A stretch of 32,000 bases of DNA from Dehalococcoidia bacterium (GTDB taxonomy: Bacteria > Chloroflexota > Dehalococcoidia > SHYB01): assembly GCA_964291475.2 (NCBI GenBank), contig OZ220062.1, positions 29,358 through 61,357 on the forward strand, in the 5' to 3' direction. Below the pieces are notes generated by a model. That model was not told the origin of the DNA. It did no database searches and saw only the letters and a list, made by a program, of their open reading frames with translations. How positions within the stretch are numbered: the first letter of the stretch is position 1; each line of letters starts with the position of its first letter. Position numbers and translations under genes: made by a program. Positions 6,574-14,870 of this stretch are shown in pieces.

Positions 6574-7860
6574 CTATGCGCGGGAGCGCTTGGGCTTGGG
6601 CTGCGGTGTGAAGAGGATGATGGCGGTTGAGGCGGCCGTGGCGGCGAAGAAGGCCCACAGGGCGATGTCGTAGCTGCCGGTGCGGTCGTAGATGCGGCCG
6701 GTGACGAAGGGGCCGACCACGATGCCGATCACCATGAGCGTGTTGAACATGCCGCCGATGGTGGCGAAGAAGCGCAGCCCGAAGTAGTCGGCGCGAAGCG
6801 CTGTATTCAAGTTGGCCCCGCTGCCGCCCCAGGCGACGGCGTAGACGAGCGCGAAGGCGATCAGTTGCCAGAACTCTTGCGCGGTGAACAGGATGGCCAA
6901 GGCCCCCAGCTGCACCAGGCCGAGCACGGCGGCGAGCACGTTCTTGGACACGCGGTCGGCGACCACGCCGAGAACGAGCCGGCAGGGGATCGTGGCGACG
7001 GCGAAGATGCTCAGCAGCGCCGCCGCCTCGGCGCCCGAGAACTTCTTCTCCTCGATGAGCGGTATGAAGTGAAGCGAGATGGAGGCGACGACGAACATGC
7101 GCAGCCCGAACCAGAGGACGAGCTTCCAGAAGGCCGGCGTGGCCAGGGCCTCGCGCGGCGTGAAGTCGGCGCTGGGGGCGTAGGGCTCGCGCGCCTGCCC
7201 CTCGGGGAGCGGCTCTCCGTCGGGTACCTCGCCCATGTCCTGAGGCTTGTCGCGCATGACAAAAAGCGCGACGGGAAGGCCGACGGCGAGGATCACGACG
7301 GCGGCGGCGCGCGCGGCGATTCGCCAGTCGAACTCGTCGATGAAGAACTGGAGGAGCGAGACGAAGAGGCCGCCGGCGCCAAGGCCCACCGTCGCTATCG
7401 AGAGCGCGGTCGTACGGCGCCGGCGGAACCAGTGGCCTACGGCCGTGATCGCCGGCGAGAATACGCCGACGCTGACGCCCGGAGAGATCACCAGCGGAAA
7501 GACGAGGAAGACGAAGAGGAGGCTCGGCGCAAGGCTGAGGAGGAAGAAGCCCAGGGCGAAGAGGGGTATGCCCACCAACATCATGCGCCGCGAGCCGAAC
7601 CGGTCGATGAGATAGCCCAGGAGGGGGCCGATGACCGCCTCGCTGCAGGTAGAGGCGGAGAAGACGAGCGCGACGGTGCCCAGGCCCACGTCGAACTCTT
7701 CGGCGAGGGGACGCATGAAGGGCGAGAAGCCGTGGATGTAGAAGCCCCCGCCGAGGGTGGTGACCAGGAGGGTGCCGCCGACCACCCACCAGCCGTAGAA
7801 GACGGGACGCCCGCGGAACGTGATCTCCGGCGGTCCGAACCGCCGCCGTCGTTGTTCCAA
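6574..7860 (-). CDS. MFS transporter (MFS_1; OFA-like), tandem paralogue 1
   Basis: Has the loop 2-3 motif GYLIDRFGSRR and 12-TM-type hydrophobicity. Collinear with the gene at 8047..9336. Start placed at TTG 7860, preceded by AAGGAGG with an 8-nt spacer. This SD-spacer-TTG block is the best conserved stretch between the two paralogues' 5' regions, so the 484-aa track ORF is probably over-extended. Confidence 0.8.
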   Translation of the reverse strand: MEQRRRRFGPPEITFRGRPVFYGWWVVGGTLLVTTLGGGFYIHGFSPFMRPLAEEFDVGLGTVALVFSASTCSEAVIGPLLGYLIDRFGSRRMMLVGIPLFALGFFLLSLAPSLLFVFLVFPLVISPGVSVGVFSPAITAVGHWFRRRRTTALSIATVGLGAGGLFVSLLQFFIDEFDWRIAARAAAVVILAVGLPVALFVMRDKPQDMGEVPDGEPLPEGQAREPYAPSADFTPREALATPAFWKLVLWFGLRMFVVASISLHFIPLIEEKKFSGAEAAALLSIFAVATIPCRLVLGVVADRVSKNVLAAVLGLVQLGALAILFTAQEFWQLIAFALVYAVAWGGSGANLNTALRADYFGLRFFATIGGMFNTLMVIGIVVGPFVTGRIYDRTGSYDIALWAFFAATAASTAIILFTPQPKPKRSRA

Positions 7861-7903
7861 GCGGCGGGCCTCCTTCGAGCGCGCGGATGGTGCAGGGGGA
7901 GCG

Positions 7904-7912
7904 AGCCTAGCA
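7904..7912 (-). promoter_or_regulatory. candidate extended -10 promoter TGCTAGGCT
   Basis: Reverse complement of 'agcctagca'. It lies 43 nt upstream of the TTG at 7860, inside the over-extended version of the ORF. Confidence 0.35.
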
Positions 7913-8046
7913 CGGGCGCCGATGGCGCTCAATGAGTCTGGTCCGGGAGGTTGGCCGCGGATGGACCGGGGAGTGGGAGGGCCGGAGGGCGCCCCCGCGG
8001 GAGGAGCCACCCTGCCGGCACGAGTCATGCAAGAGAGGAACGGTGG

Positions 8047-9336
8047 CTAGGGGCGGGAGCGCTTGGGCTTGGGACGCGGTGTGAGGAGGATGATCGTGGC
8101 GGAGGCCGCCGTCGCGGCGAGGAAGGCCCATATGGCGAGGGTGTAGCTACCCGTCCGGTCGTAGATGAGCCCGGTGGTAAAGGGGCCGACAATGATGCCG
8201 ATGATCACCACCGTGTTGATCATGCCGCCGATGGTGGCGAAGAAGCGCAACCCGAAGTAGTCGGCCCGAAGCGCCGTGATCAAGGTGGCCCCGCCCCCGC
8301 CCCAGGCGATGGCGTAGACGAGCACGAAGGCGATGAGATGCCAGAACTCGTGCGCGTTTAACAGAATCACCAGTGCGCCGATTTGCACCAGGCCGAGCGC
8401 GGCGGCGAGCCGGTTCTTCCGGACACGGTCGGTGACCGCGCCAAGGACGAGCCGGCAGGGGATGGTGGCCACGGCGAAGATGCTCAGCAGCACCGCCGCC
8501 TGCGCGGCGGAGAAGTCCTTGGCTTCGATAAGCCGTATGAAGTGTATCGAGATGGAGGCGATGACGAACATGCGCAGCCCGAACCAGAACACGATGCCCC
8601 AGAAGCCCAGCGAGCCCAGGGCCTCGCGCGGAGTGAGGTCGCCGGCCGGCGGGACGGCGCGGGCCCCGGGCCGTTCTTCCGGGGGTGGTCCTCCGTCGGG
8701 GACTAGCCCTTCGTCCGCGGGGCGGTCGCGTACGAGGAAGAACGCGGCGGGAAGGCCGACGGCGGCAATCACAACAGCCGCGGCACGGGCCGCGACTCGC
8801 CAATCGTACGCGTCGATGAAGTACTGGAGGAACGAGACCAGGAGGCCGCCGACACCGAAGCCAACCGTCGCAATGGAGAGGGCGACGGCCCGACGGCGAT
8901 GGAACCAGTGGCTCACCGCCGTGGCGCTGGAGGCGAAGACGCCCATATTCACTCCTGGAGAGATGACGACCGCGATCGCGATGACGACGACGAGGATGCT
9001 GGGCGCGTGGCTAAGGAGAAAGAACCCGGCGGCGAAGAGAGGAATGCCCGCCAGCATCACGCGCCGCGAGCCGAAGCGGTCGATGAGGTAGCCGACGAAG
9101 GGGCCGAGGACCGCCTCGCTGCCCGCGGCGGCGGCGAAGAAGAGCGTGGCCGTCGCTAAGCCTACGTCGAACTCCTCGGCGAGGGGTCCCAGGAAGGCCG
9201 AGAAGCCGTGGATGTAGAAACCGCCGGCGAGGGTGCTAAGCAGCGAGCCGGCGCCGACCACCCACCAGCCGTAGAAGACGGGACGCCCGTGGAACGTGAT
9301 CTCCGGCGGTCCCAGCCGCCGACGCCGTTGTTCCAA
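8047..9336 (-). CDS. MFS transporter (MFS_1; OFA-like), tandem paralogue 2
   Basis: GYLIDRFGSRR motif. Collinear similarity to 6574..7860 along the whole length. AAGGAGG-8 nt-TTG start at 9336, as in its paralogue. Confidence 0.8.
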   Translation of the reverse strand: MEQRRRRLGPPEITFHGRPVFYGWWVVGAGSLLSTLAGGFYIHGFSAFLGPLAEEFDVGLATATLFFAAAAGSEAVLGPFVGYLIDRFGSRRVMLAGIPLFAAGFFLLSHAPSILVVVIAIAVVISPGVNMGVFASSATAVSHWFHRRRAVALSIATVGFGVGGLLVSFLQYFIDAYDWRVAARAAAVVIAAVGLPAAFFLVRDRPADEGLVPDGGPPPEERPGARAVPPAGDLTPREALGSLGFWGIVFWFGLRMFVIASISIHFIRLIEAKDFSAAQAAVLLSIFAVATIPCRLVLGAVTDRVRKNRLAAALGLVQIGALVILLNAHEFWHLIAFVLVYAIAWGGGGATLITALRADYFGLRFFATIGGMINTVVIIGIIVGPFTTGLIYDRTGSYTLAIWAFLAATAASATIILLTPRPKPKRSRP

Positions 9337-9489
9337 GCGGCGCGCCTCCTTCGAGTGAGCGGGTGCTTCAGGGGGAGCGGGCGGACGACGAGCGCTCGTG
9401 GCGCTCACCCTGTACAGGCTTCGATGGGTGACGGTACCATAGACCGCGCCCGCGGCTCGCGGCAATCATCATCGCCCCGGAGGCCTCTT

Positions 9490-10152
9490 TTGAGCGAACG
9501 CGTCCTCTCCTTCATCGGCGGCACCGGACCGGAGGGTCTGGGCCTGGCGATCCGTTTCGCCCACGCCGGCTACCCCATCATCATCGGCTCACGGAAACAG
9601 GAGCGCGCCGACGAGGCGGCCCAGACGGTGCTTGAAGCCGTCCCCAAGGGGAACGTCCGAGGGATGGAGAACGCGGCGGCGGTCGACGCCGGCAGCGTCA
9701 TCTTCATCACCATTCCCTACAACGGGCAGCGGCCCACCCTGGAGTCGCTGCACGACGTCATCGGCGACAAGATCGTGATCAACACCGTCGTGCCGCTGGC
9801 CTTCGAGAAGGGGCAGCCGGTGCGGTACATGGACCTCGAGGACAACTCGGCGGCCGAAGAGTCGCAGAATCTTGCGCCCAAGGCGCGAGTCGCGGGGGCG
9901 TTCCAAAATCTGAGCGCGCCGGCGTTGATGGACCTGAGCCACACCGTAGACGCCGACGTGATCGTGTGCAGCGACGACGCGGACGCCAAGGCCATGGCGA
10001 TCGAGCTGTCGGAGAAGATCGAGGGCGTGCGCGGGGTCGACGGCGGGGCGCTGGAGAACTCGCGGTACGTGGAGTCGATCACGGCGCTGCTACTGAACAT
10101 AAACCGGCGCTACAAGGGCGCGCACTCCATGGTGAAAGTCTCCGGCGTCTAG
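9490..10152 (+). CDS. npdG: NADPH-dependent F420 reductase
   Basis: LSFIGGTGPEGLGLAIRFAHAGYPIIIGSR (Rossmann N-terminus), VIVCSDDADAK, GVDGGALENSRYVESITALLLNINRRYK. Start placed at TTG 9490 (GGAGG at 9479..9483, 6-nt spacer). The track start at 9208 overlaps the divergent MFS gene. Confidence 0.8.
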   Translation: MSERVLSFIGGTGPEGLGLAIRFAHAGYPIIIGSRKQERADEAAQTVLEAVPKGNVRGMENAAAVDAGSVIFITIPYNGQRPTLESLHDVIGDKIVINTVVPLAFEKGQPVRYMDLEDNSAAEESQNLAPKARVAGAFQNLSAPALMDLSHTVDADVIVCSDDADAKAMAIELSEKIEGVRGVDGGALENSRYVESITALLLNINRRYKGAHSMVKVSGV

Positions 10153-10161
10153 GCGCGGGCC

Positions 10162-10920
10162 ATGCCTGTTCCCGAGCTACGCATCTTCGGCGTCGAGGGG
10201 CTGCCCGAAGTCCATGAGGGCGACGACGTGGGCGCGATGGTCGCCCAGGCCGCCGCGGCGGGCGGCGCCCCCATCGAGGCGGGCGACGTCGTGGTGGTGA
10301 CCCAGAAGATCGTCTCGAAGGCGGAAGGGCGCGTGGTCGTGCTCTCCGACGTGACGCCGTCGGGGTTCGCGGAGAAGATCGCGGCGCGGTACGAGAAGGA
10401 CGCGCGGCTCGTCGAGGTGGTGCTTCAGGAGAGCAGCCGCGTGGTGCGCATGGACCAGGGCGTCATCATCACCGAGACGCGGCACGGCTTCATCTGCGCC
10501 AACGCCGGCGTCGACCAATCGAACGTGGAGACGCACGGCGAGGTCGCGTTGCTGCCGCTCGACCCCGACGCGTCGGCGGCGTCGATCAAGGATGCCATCG
10601 CGCGGGAGGCCGGCGTCGAGGCCGCGGTGATCATCTCCGACACCTTCGGGCGTCCGTGGCGCGAGGGGTGCACCGACGTGGCCATCGGCGTCGCCGGCAT
10701 GGAGGCGCTGGTGGACTACCGCGGCGTCACCGACCCCGCCGGCCACGAGCTTCGCGCCACGGTCATCGCCGTCGCCGACGAGCTCGCCTCCGCGGCGGAG
10801 CTGGTCATGGGCAAGCTCGACCGCGTACCCGCCGCTATCGTCCGGGGCTATGCCTTCAACCCCGGTGGAACGGGGGCCTCGGCCCTGGTGCGGCCGCCTG
10901 AGGGCGACCTCTTCCGCTAG
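10162..10920 (+). CDS. cofE: coenzyme F420-0:L-glutamate ligase
   Basis: GDVVVVTQKIVSKAEGR, ITETRHGFICANAGVDQSN, IISDTFGRPWREG, ADELASAAELVMGK. These are the characteristic CofE/FbiB-N blocks. Starts 9 nt after the npdG stop. Confidence 0.85.
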   Translation: MPVPELRIFGVEGLPEVHEGDDVGAMVAQAAAAGGAPIEAGDVVVVTQKIVSKAEGRVVVLSDVTPSGFAEKIAARYEKDARLVEVVLQESSRVVRMDQGVIITETRHGFICANAGVDQSNVETHGEVALLPLDPDASAASIKDAIAREAGVEAAVIISDTFGRPWREGCTDVAIGVAGMEALVDYRGVTDPAGHELRATVIAVADELASAAELVMGKLDRVPAAIVRGYAFNPGGTGASALVRPPEGDLFR

Positions 10921-10952
10921 CCGTTCGCTCGACGCAAGGAAGGGACTCCCGC

Positions 10953-11333
10953 GTGCAGATCTACGTCGAGGTCGAGGACAACGAGAACTCCTACGGCGTG
11001 CCGCTGCGCACCTTCCAACTGAAGGGGACGGCCTACCCGGTGCGGCAGGTGAAGATGGACACGCGGGCGGGGACGGGCGTCCCGTGCTGGGTCGTGGGGT
11101 GGAGCAGCGAGGGCGACGGGACGCCGGCGGACGGCGTCGAGTGCGTCGCCGTCGAGGACTCGGGGGCGGCGGTCTCCTACCTCGTGCACGGCGGCGACTG
11201 GGGCCTGCGCTTCCAGCCCGCGCGCGACGACGGCTCCCCTCCGTCACCCTGGCGCCTCGACGACCCCGACCAGTTCGGCGAGCCGTACCTGCTGCTGGCG
11301 GACGAGGCGGACGTTATACGGGCCGATACGTAG
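10953..11333 (+). CDS. hypothetical protein (126 aa)
   Basis: GTG start with an AAGGAAGGGA RBS. Third codon positions are almost all G/C, like neighbouring genes. I recognise no motif. Confidence 0.5.
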   Translation: MQIYVEVEDNENSYGVPLRTFQLKGTAYPVRQVKMDTRAGTGVPCWVVGWSSEGDGTPADGVECVAVEDSGAAVSYLVHGGDWGLRFQPARDDGSPPSPWRLDDPDQFGEPYLLLADEADVIRADT

Positions 11334-11337
11334 CGCT

Positions 11338-12021
11338 ATGGCCAAGCATGACTACATATTCGTCGACGAATCGGGCGACCCGGGATACACGCTCGATCCA
11401 GATTCCGGCGAATTGCTCAGCAGCGCTTACTACGTCGCCGCCGCATTGCATCTATGCGACGACTCGTTCGATGCCCTGAACAAGCATGTGGCAGCGTTTA
11501 GGTACTACTCGGGAATGAACAGAGAACTGAAGATCCATTCGGGAAAGGAGGAGTTTACGAGGCTGCTCGGCCCGATTCGAGCCTTGGCGGATGGAGGCAG
11601 GAAGATTTGGGCTTCCGTGGTCTACGTAGACAAGCGGCTGTACAGCGGTAGTTCGCTTAAGCCAGGAGGGAGTAAGGCGCCGAACCCCGTCAGATTTCGC
11701 AACGCTATGCTACGCCGCCTACTTGAGCACCACTTTGAAAGATACGCGCTGCAATCGAGGCAATATGACTTGGTTCTCGACCGAGTGACTTTGATGAGGG
11801 ACGAGGTCGAGAATCTCCGGCTGTACATATCCAACAACCGGAATTTCCCTACGCCGACGTACATTACCCATGCTTCATCGATATATGTGGAGGGCTTGCA
11901 GGTTGTTCACCACATCGCCAACGGCTACAAGGACGTCGTCGACGGCGGCCCGATACCAGCCGAACTCTCATTTGTGAACGTGAAGGATCTGATTGTGGAG
12001 CAGGAAGCGCCGGGCCCTTAA
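11338..12021 (+). CDS. DUF3800-like protein
   Basis: N-terminal YIFVDESGDPG is the hallmark I associate with DUF3800 (PF12686). Codon usage (AGA/AGG/ATA) and G+C are clearly atypical for this window: hand counts of 60-nt lines give about 52-58%, against about 77% in one cofE line. Confidence 0.65.
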   Translation: MAKHDYIFVDESGDPGYTLDPDSGELLSSAYYVAAALHLCDDSFDALNKHVAAFRYYSGMNRELKIHSGKEEFTRLLGPIRALADGGRKIWASVVYVDKRLYSGSSLKPGGSKAPNPVRFRNAMLRRLLEHHFERYALQSRQYDLVLDRVTLMRDEVENLRLYISNNRNFPTPTYITHASSIYVEGLQVVHHIANGYKDVVDGGPIPAELSFVNVKDLIVEQEAPGP

Positions 12022-12026
12022 ATTCT

Positions 12027-12073
12027 TGTGGCCGGGTCGGGCCTCCATGTTTCGGGAGACCTGCCCGGCCACA
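12027..12073 (+). terminator. long GC-rich hairpin just after the DUF3800 stop
   Basis: TGTGGCCGGG (12027..12036) pairs perfectly with CCCGGCCACA (12064..12073) and is followed by TTGTTAG. No strong U-tract. Confidence 0.3.
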
Positions 12074-12189
12074 TTGTTAGCAAAGTGGGCAATTGCTATC
12101 GTGGTCTATCGCCCTGCGTCTTGTCAACACCCTATGGTGGTAGCAAGTTTAGGCGGGGTCAGGGCGCGCGCCACCGGCACGTGCGGCGG

Positions 12190-12576
12190 TTATGCGGCCT
12201 CGATGTCGGTGAGTTCGAAGTCTTGGCCCTTGAACAGGAGGGGCTCCCGCACGGCTTCCGCGAGCGCATAGGCGAAGCAGTCGCCGAAGTTCAGCCCGGC
12301 TGGGTGGTTGCCCTTGCCGAATCTCCGCCAGGCCCGGCGCGCCGCCTGCGCATGTTCAGGTGTGACCGGCTCCAACTCGATCCCCGCCTCTTGCAAGAAG
12401 GCATCAAGCTCATAACCGGACGCGGGGCCACTGCGGCTTTCAAGGACGATGGTCGTTTCCAGGAGGGTGGCGACCGACATGCGGCGGGACGATGCCATCG
12501 TGATAGCCCTGGCGAAGCGCTCCGCGTCCGGCTCATGGAAAAGGACCGCGAGGACCGCCGAGGTATCGACGATCAC
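12190..12576 (-). CDS. vapC: type II toxin VapC (PIN-domain ribonuclease)
   Basis: MIVDTSAVLAVL.. (PIN Asp1), ..ETTIVLE.., ..LNFGDCFAYALA.. (PIN acidic residues). The GTG start overlaps the vapB stop by 4 nt (GTGA). Confidence 0.9.
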   Translation of the reverse strand: MIVDTSAVLAVLFHEPDAERFARAITMASSRRMSVATLLETTIVLESRSGPASGYELDAFLQEAGIELEPVTPEHAQAARRAWRRFGKGNHPAGLNFGDCFAYALAEAVREPLLFKGQDFELTDIEAA

Positions 12577-12830
12577 TTGGGCAGTCCCCGCTCGTCATAA
12601 AGGAAGTCGCCGTGCTCGACGGCGGAGGGGCCGTCGCCCAGCGTGCTCGCACAGCGTTGACCGATGGCGAGAAGTCTCTGAACGCGGGCCTCTATGCCGC
12701 GCTCGCTCTTCTCGCGCGCCAAGCGCTCCTTGAGGGCCACCGTGATGGCGCCGGTCATGGTCTCCCCGGTAAGGCGCGCCAACTCACCGGCGAGGTCGCA
12801 CGTCTCTTTGTTCTTGATGTTGAGGCTCAA
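12573..12830 (-). CDS. vapB: type II antitoxin VapB
   Basis: 85 aa, MSLNIKNKETCDLAGELARLTGETMTGAITVALKERL (VapB/Rv0623-like N-terminus). TTG start with GGGAGG RBS. Translationally coupled to vapC. Confidence 0.8.
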   Translation of the reverse strand: MSLNIKNKETCDLAGELARLTGETMTGAITVALKERLAREKSERGIEARVQRLLAIGQRCASTLGDGPSAVEHGDFLYDERGLPK

Positions 12831-12847
12831 CGGGGCCTCCCTATACG

Positions 12848-12875
12848 GGTAGATTCGTCGTACATAAGTCTACCA
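12848..12875 (-). promoter_or_regulatory. candidate vapBC promoter (extended -10 TGGTAGACT) overlapped by an inverted repeat
   Basis: TGGTAGACT on the minus strand at 12875..12867, 36 nt upstream of the TTG. The 6-bp arms GGTAGA (12848..12853) and TCTACC (12869..12874) could be an autoregulatory operator. Confidence 0.35.
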
Positions 12876-12909
12876 TGGGCCTGATCGCCGTCTGCAACCG
12901 CGCAGGCTG

Positions 12910-13929
12910 CTACTCGGCCTCGGCGAGCTCCAGCATGCGCTGGTACATGGCGGCTGAATCGAAGGCGCCGCTGTTGTCGGCGATCCAGTCGTCGACGACG
13001 CTGCTTGTTGCTTCTCTCCACTGGTCGAGCTGGTCGTCGTCGAGCTGGACCTTGGTGATGCCGGCGGCAGCATTCTCCTCGGCCGCCGTGGCGTTCCCCT
13101 CGTCGTAGTACCTCGCCGCCGCTTGCGAGAGCTTCTCGCCCGACAATTCCTCGACGGCGGCCTGCTGCTCCTCGGACAGGCTGTCCCAGGTGTCAAGGTT
13201 CATCACGAGAAACGAGGCCACGACGTAACACCTGCACTCCGTGCCGCTCTCCAACACGTCAAGGAGGTCATGTATCCTCAAGGACGCTGCAACCGTGAGC
13301 ACGCCATCGATCTCGCCCGCCTCTAAGGCGTCCCGCAGGTCCGGCGCGGCCATGTTCACCGGCGTGGCGCCCAGGGCTCGGATGACGGCCGCTTGCGCCG
13401 GGCCCGGCGACCGGAGCGTCAGCCCGGCGACGTCGGCGGGCGTGGAGGCGGTACCCTCGGCGAGCCACAGATCGCCGGGAGTAGTTGTCCATAGTCCGAG
13501 CACCTTGACGTCGGCGTACTCGTCGCGCAGGGCCTCAAACTCGTCGTACAGGGCGTGCAGGACCTTGGTGCCCTTCACTCCACTCCCGAAAACGAACGGC
13601 ATCTCGATCACGTCGGTCGCCGGAAAGCGCCCTGGGGAGTATCCCTGGACCGCCCACCCGATGTCCTGGCCGCCCGCAACCACGTTCGCGTAGGTCTCGG
13701 CGGCCGGGCTGAGGGCCTGCTCGGTGTGGAACTCGACAGTGACCGAGCCATCGGTCGCGGCGCGCAGGTCTTCGGCCCACGGCTGAAGTACCTGTACGCG
13801 CAGTGGGTGATCGGCGGGGAAGGGGTCGCCGAACCTGAGCGTGACCGGGTCGGATTCACCACCGCATGCCGCCGCGACCATGCCGAGCACAAGCATGAGG
13901 GGGATCAACCGCGTCAGTCGGGAGGTCAT
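12910..13929 (-). CDS. TRAP transporter substrate-binding protein (DctP family), lipoprotein-type signal
   Basis: Signal peptide LMLVLGMVAAAC-GG. Size and blocks (FHTEQALSPAAETYANVVAGGQDIGW, IEMPFVF, LRSPGPAQAAVIRALGATPVNM) fit DctP-type SBPs. No dctQ/dctM in the window. Confidence 0.75.
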   Translation of the reverse strand: MTSRLTRLIPLMLVLGMVAAACGGESDPVTLRFGDPFPADHPLRVQVLQPWAEDLRAATDGSVTVEFHTEQALSPAAETYANVVAGGQDIGWAVQGYSPGRFPATDVIEMPFVFGSGVKGTKVLHALYDEFEALRDEYADVKVLGLWTTTPGDLWLAEGTASTPADVAGLTLRSPGPAQAAVIRALGATPVNMAAPDLRDALEAGEIDGVLTVAASLRIHDLLDVLESGTECRCYVVASFLVMNLDTWDSLSEEQQAAVEELSGEKLSQAAARYYDEGNATAAEENAAAGITKVQLDDDQLDQWREATSSVVDDWIADNSGAFDSAAMYQRMLELAEAE

Positions 13930-14022
13930 CGTCGTGGCGCTCCTTGTGGGTCACTTGGTCGGGTAGGACCGGCGTTCATGCGTAAATCCATCCCCCGCCA
14001 TGCGCAGCGAAGGCCGGCAGGA

Positions 14023-14028
14023 AGTATA
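14023..14028 (-). promoter_or_regulatory. candidate -10 TATACT for the SBP gene
   Basis: The 11-mer GCTATACTTCC (minus strand) also forms the echA-side -10 region at 15762..15770. It lies 94 nt upstream of the ATG at 13929. Confidence 0.3.
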
Positions 14029-14424
14029 GCGACAGGCCGCCAGCGCCGCGTTCGGCGGCGTAGACGGCGTGGGAGTCGTCCGCGGGCGGAAACGTCGCGC
14101 TGCGGGCCGCTGGGGTGCGCGGGCCCTTCGCCGGCCTAGCCGCGTCGGCGTCCTTTATGTAAACGTAGGGGCTCTTCCCTGTGCGGTCGCACATAACAAC
14201 CATTAGGCGACACAGACAGAAGTGGGATTATGTAACCAAGGGGCGCGGGGAGGGTGTGCGGCACGGCGTTTGGCGGCAGGAGGCGCTCAGAGCCGCGCGG
14301 CATGGCGGAGACGGCTTGGGGGGCGTTGAGGGCGGGGAACGGGGCGCTGGGAGCGGCGTGGGGCGTGAGTACGCATGCTTGACGTCAACGTGAGCCTGAC
14401 GTTTCATTCGACGGGGAGATCGTG

Positions 14425-14751
14425 ATGAAGACGAAGACGGAGTGGTCGACGGGCGAGGTCTGCGAATGGGACGGCACGTATCTCGGTGCGTGTGACGCTT
14501 CCTGCGTCGAGCGGCAGGTCGAGCTCATCGTGATTGAGCGTGGCGGGCCATTCCCTGCCTGCGAGGCCTGTGGTGGGCCGGCGTCTTGGTGGCCGCAAGT
14601 GCAGCGTGTCGTCGTGGAGGTCAATGCCGGAAAGGGCTTCTGGGACGGACTGGGAGACTTGATCGGCTGGGCCGCCGCCGTCGTTTTCGGTTGTGTGGTA
14701 CTAGTCTTCGCGGTGACCGGTATCTACTACCTCGTCACGTGGCTGTTCTAG
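14425..14751 (+). CDS. small Cys-rich protein with C-terminal transmembrane anchor (108 aa)
   Basis: RBS GGGGAG lies 6 nt before the ATG. Six Cys sit in the soluble part (..VCEWDGTYLGACDASC..PACEACGG..), followed by a hydrophobic tail IGWAAAVVFGCVVLVFAVTGIYYLVTWLF. I recognise no family. Confidence 0.45.
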   Translation: MKTKTEWSTGEVCEWDGTYLGACDASCVERQVELIVIERGGPFPACEACGGPASWWPQVQRVVVEVNAGKGFWDGLGDLIGWAAAVVFGCVVLVFAVTGIYYLVTWLF

Positions 14752-14811
14752 GGGTTCCTGTCCCCCTGGTGCTTCTTAGTTCGTTCCCTCCTGGCCGCCT
14801 CGCATAAACAC

Positions 14812-14841
14812 AGACGGAGCCCCGGCAACGGAGCTCCGTCT
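14812..14841. terminator. hairpin between convergent genes (possible bidirectional terminator)
   Basis: AGACGGAGC (14812..14820) and GCTCCGTCT (14833..14841) form a perfect 9-bp stem with a 12-nt loop. It is flanked by AGCTTCTTC on the plus side and TGTGTTTAT on the minus side. Confidence 0.4.
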
Positions 14842-14870
14842 AGCTTCTTCGGGACGCGACGCGGCCGCGG

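Noticed and set aside
9208-9489. Long N-terminal extension of npdG (track start 9208 or ATG 9424)
   Set aside because: It would overlap the divergent MFS gene and its promoter region. TTG 9490 has a GGAGG RBS and gives the canonical Rossmann N-terminus.
10177-11247. 356-aa '-' ORF (Arg/Pro-rich) opposite cofE and the 126-aa gene
   Set aside because: Antisense shadow of cofE with low-complexity composition. cofE motifs are unambiguous on the plus strand.
13976-14203. 75-aa '-' ORF upstream of the TRAP SBP gene
   Set aside because: It has moderate GC3 bias but no RBS, no recognisable motif, and overlaps the best -10 candidate for the SBP gene. The evidence is insufficient to call it.
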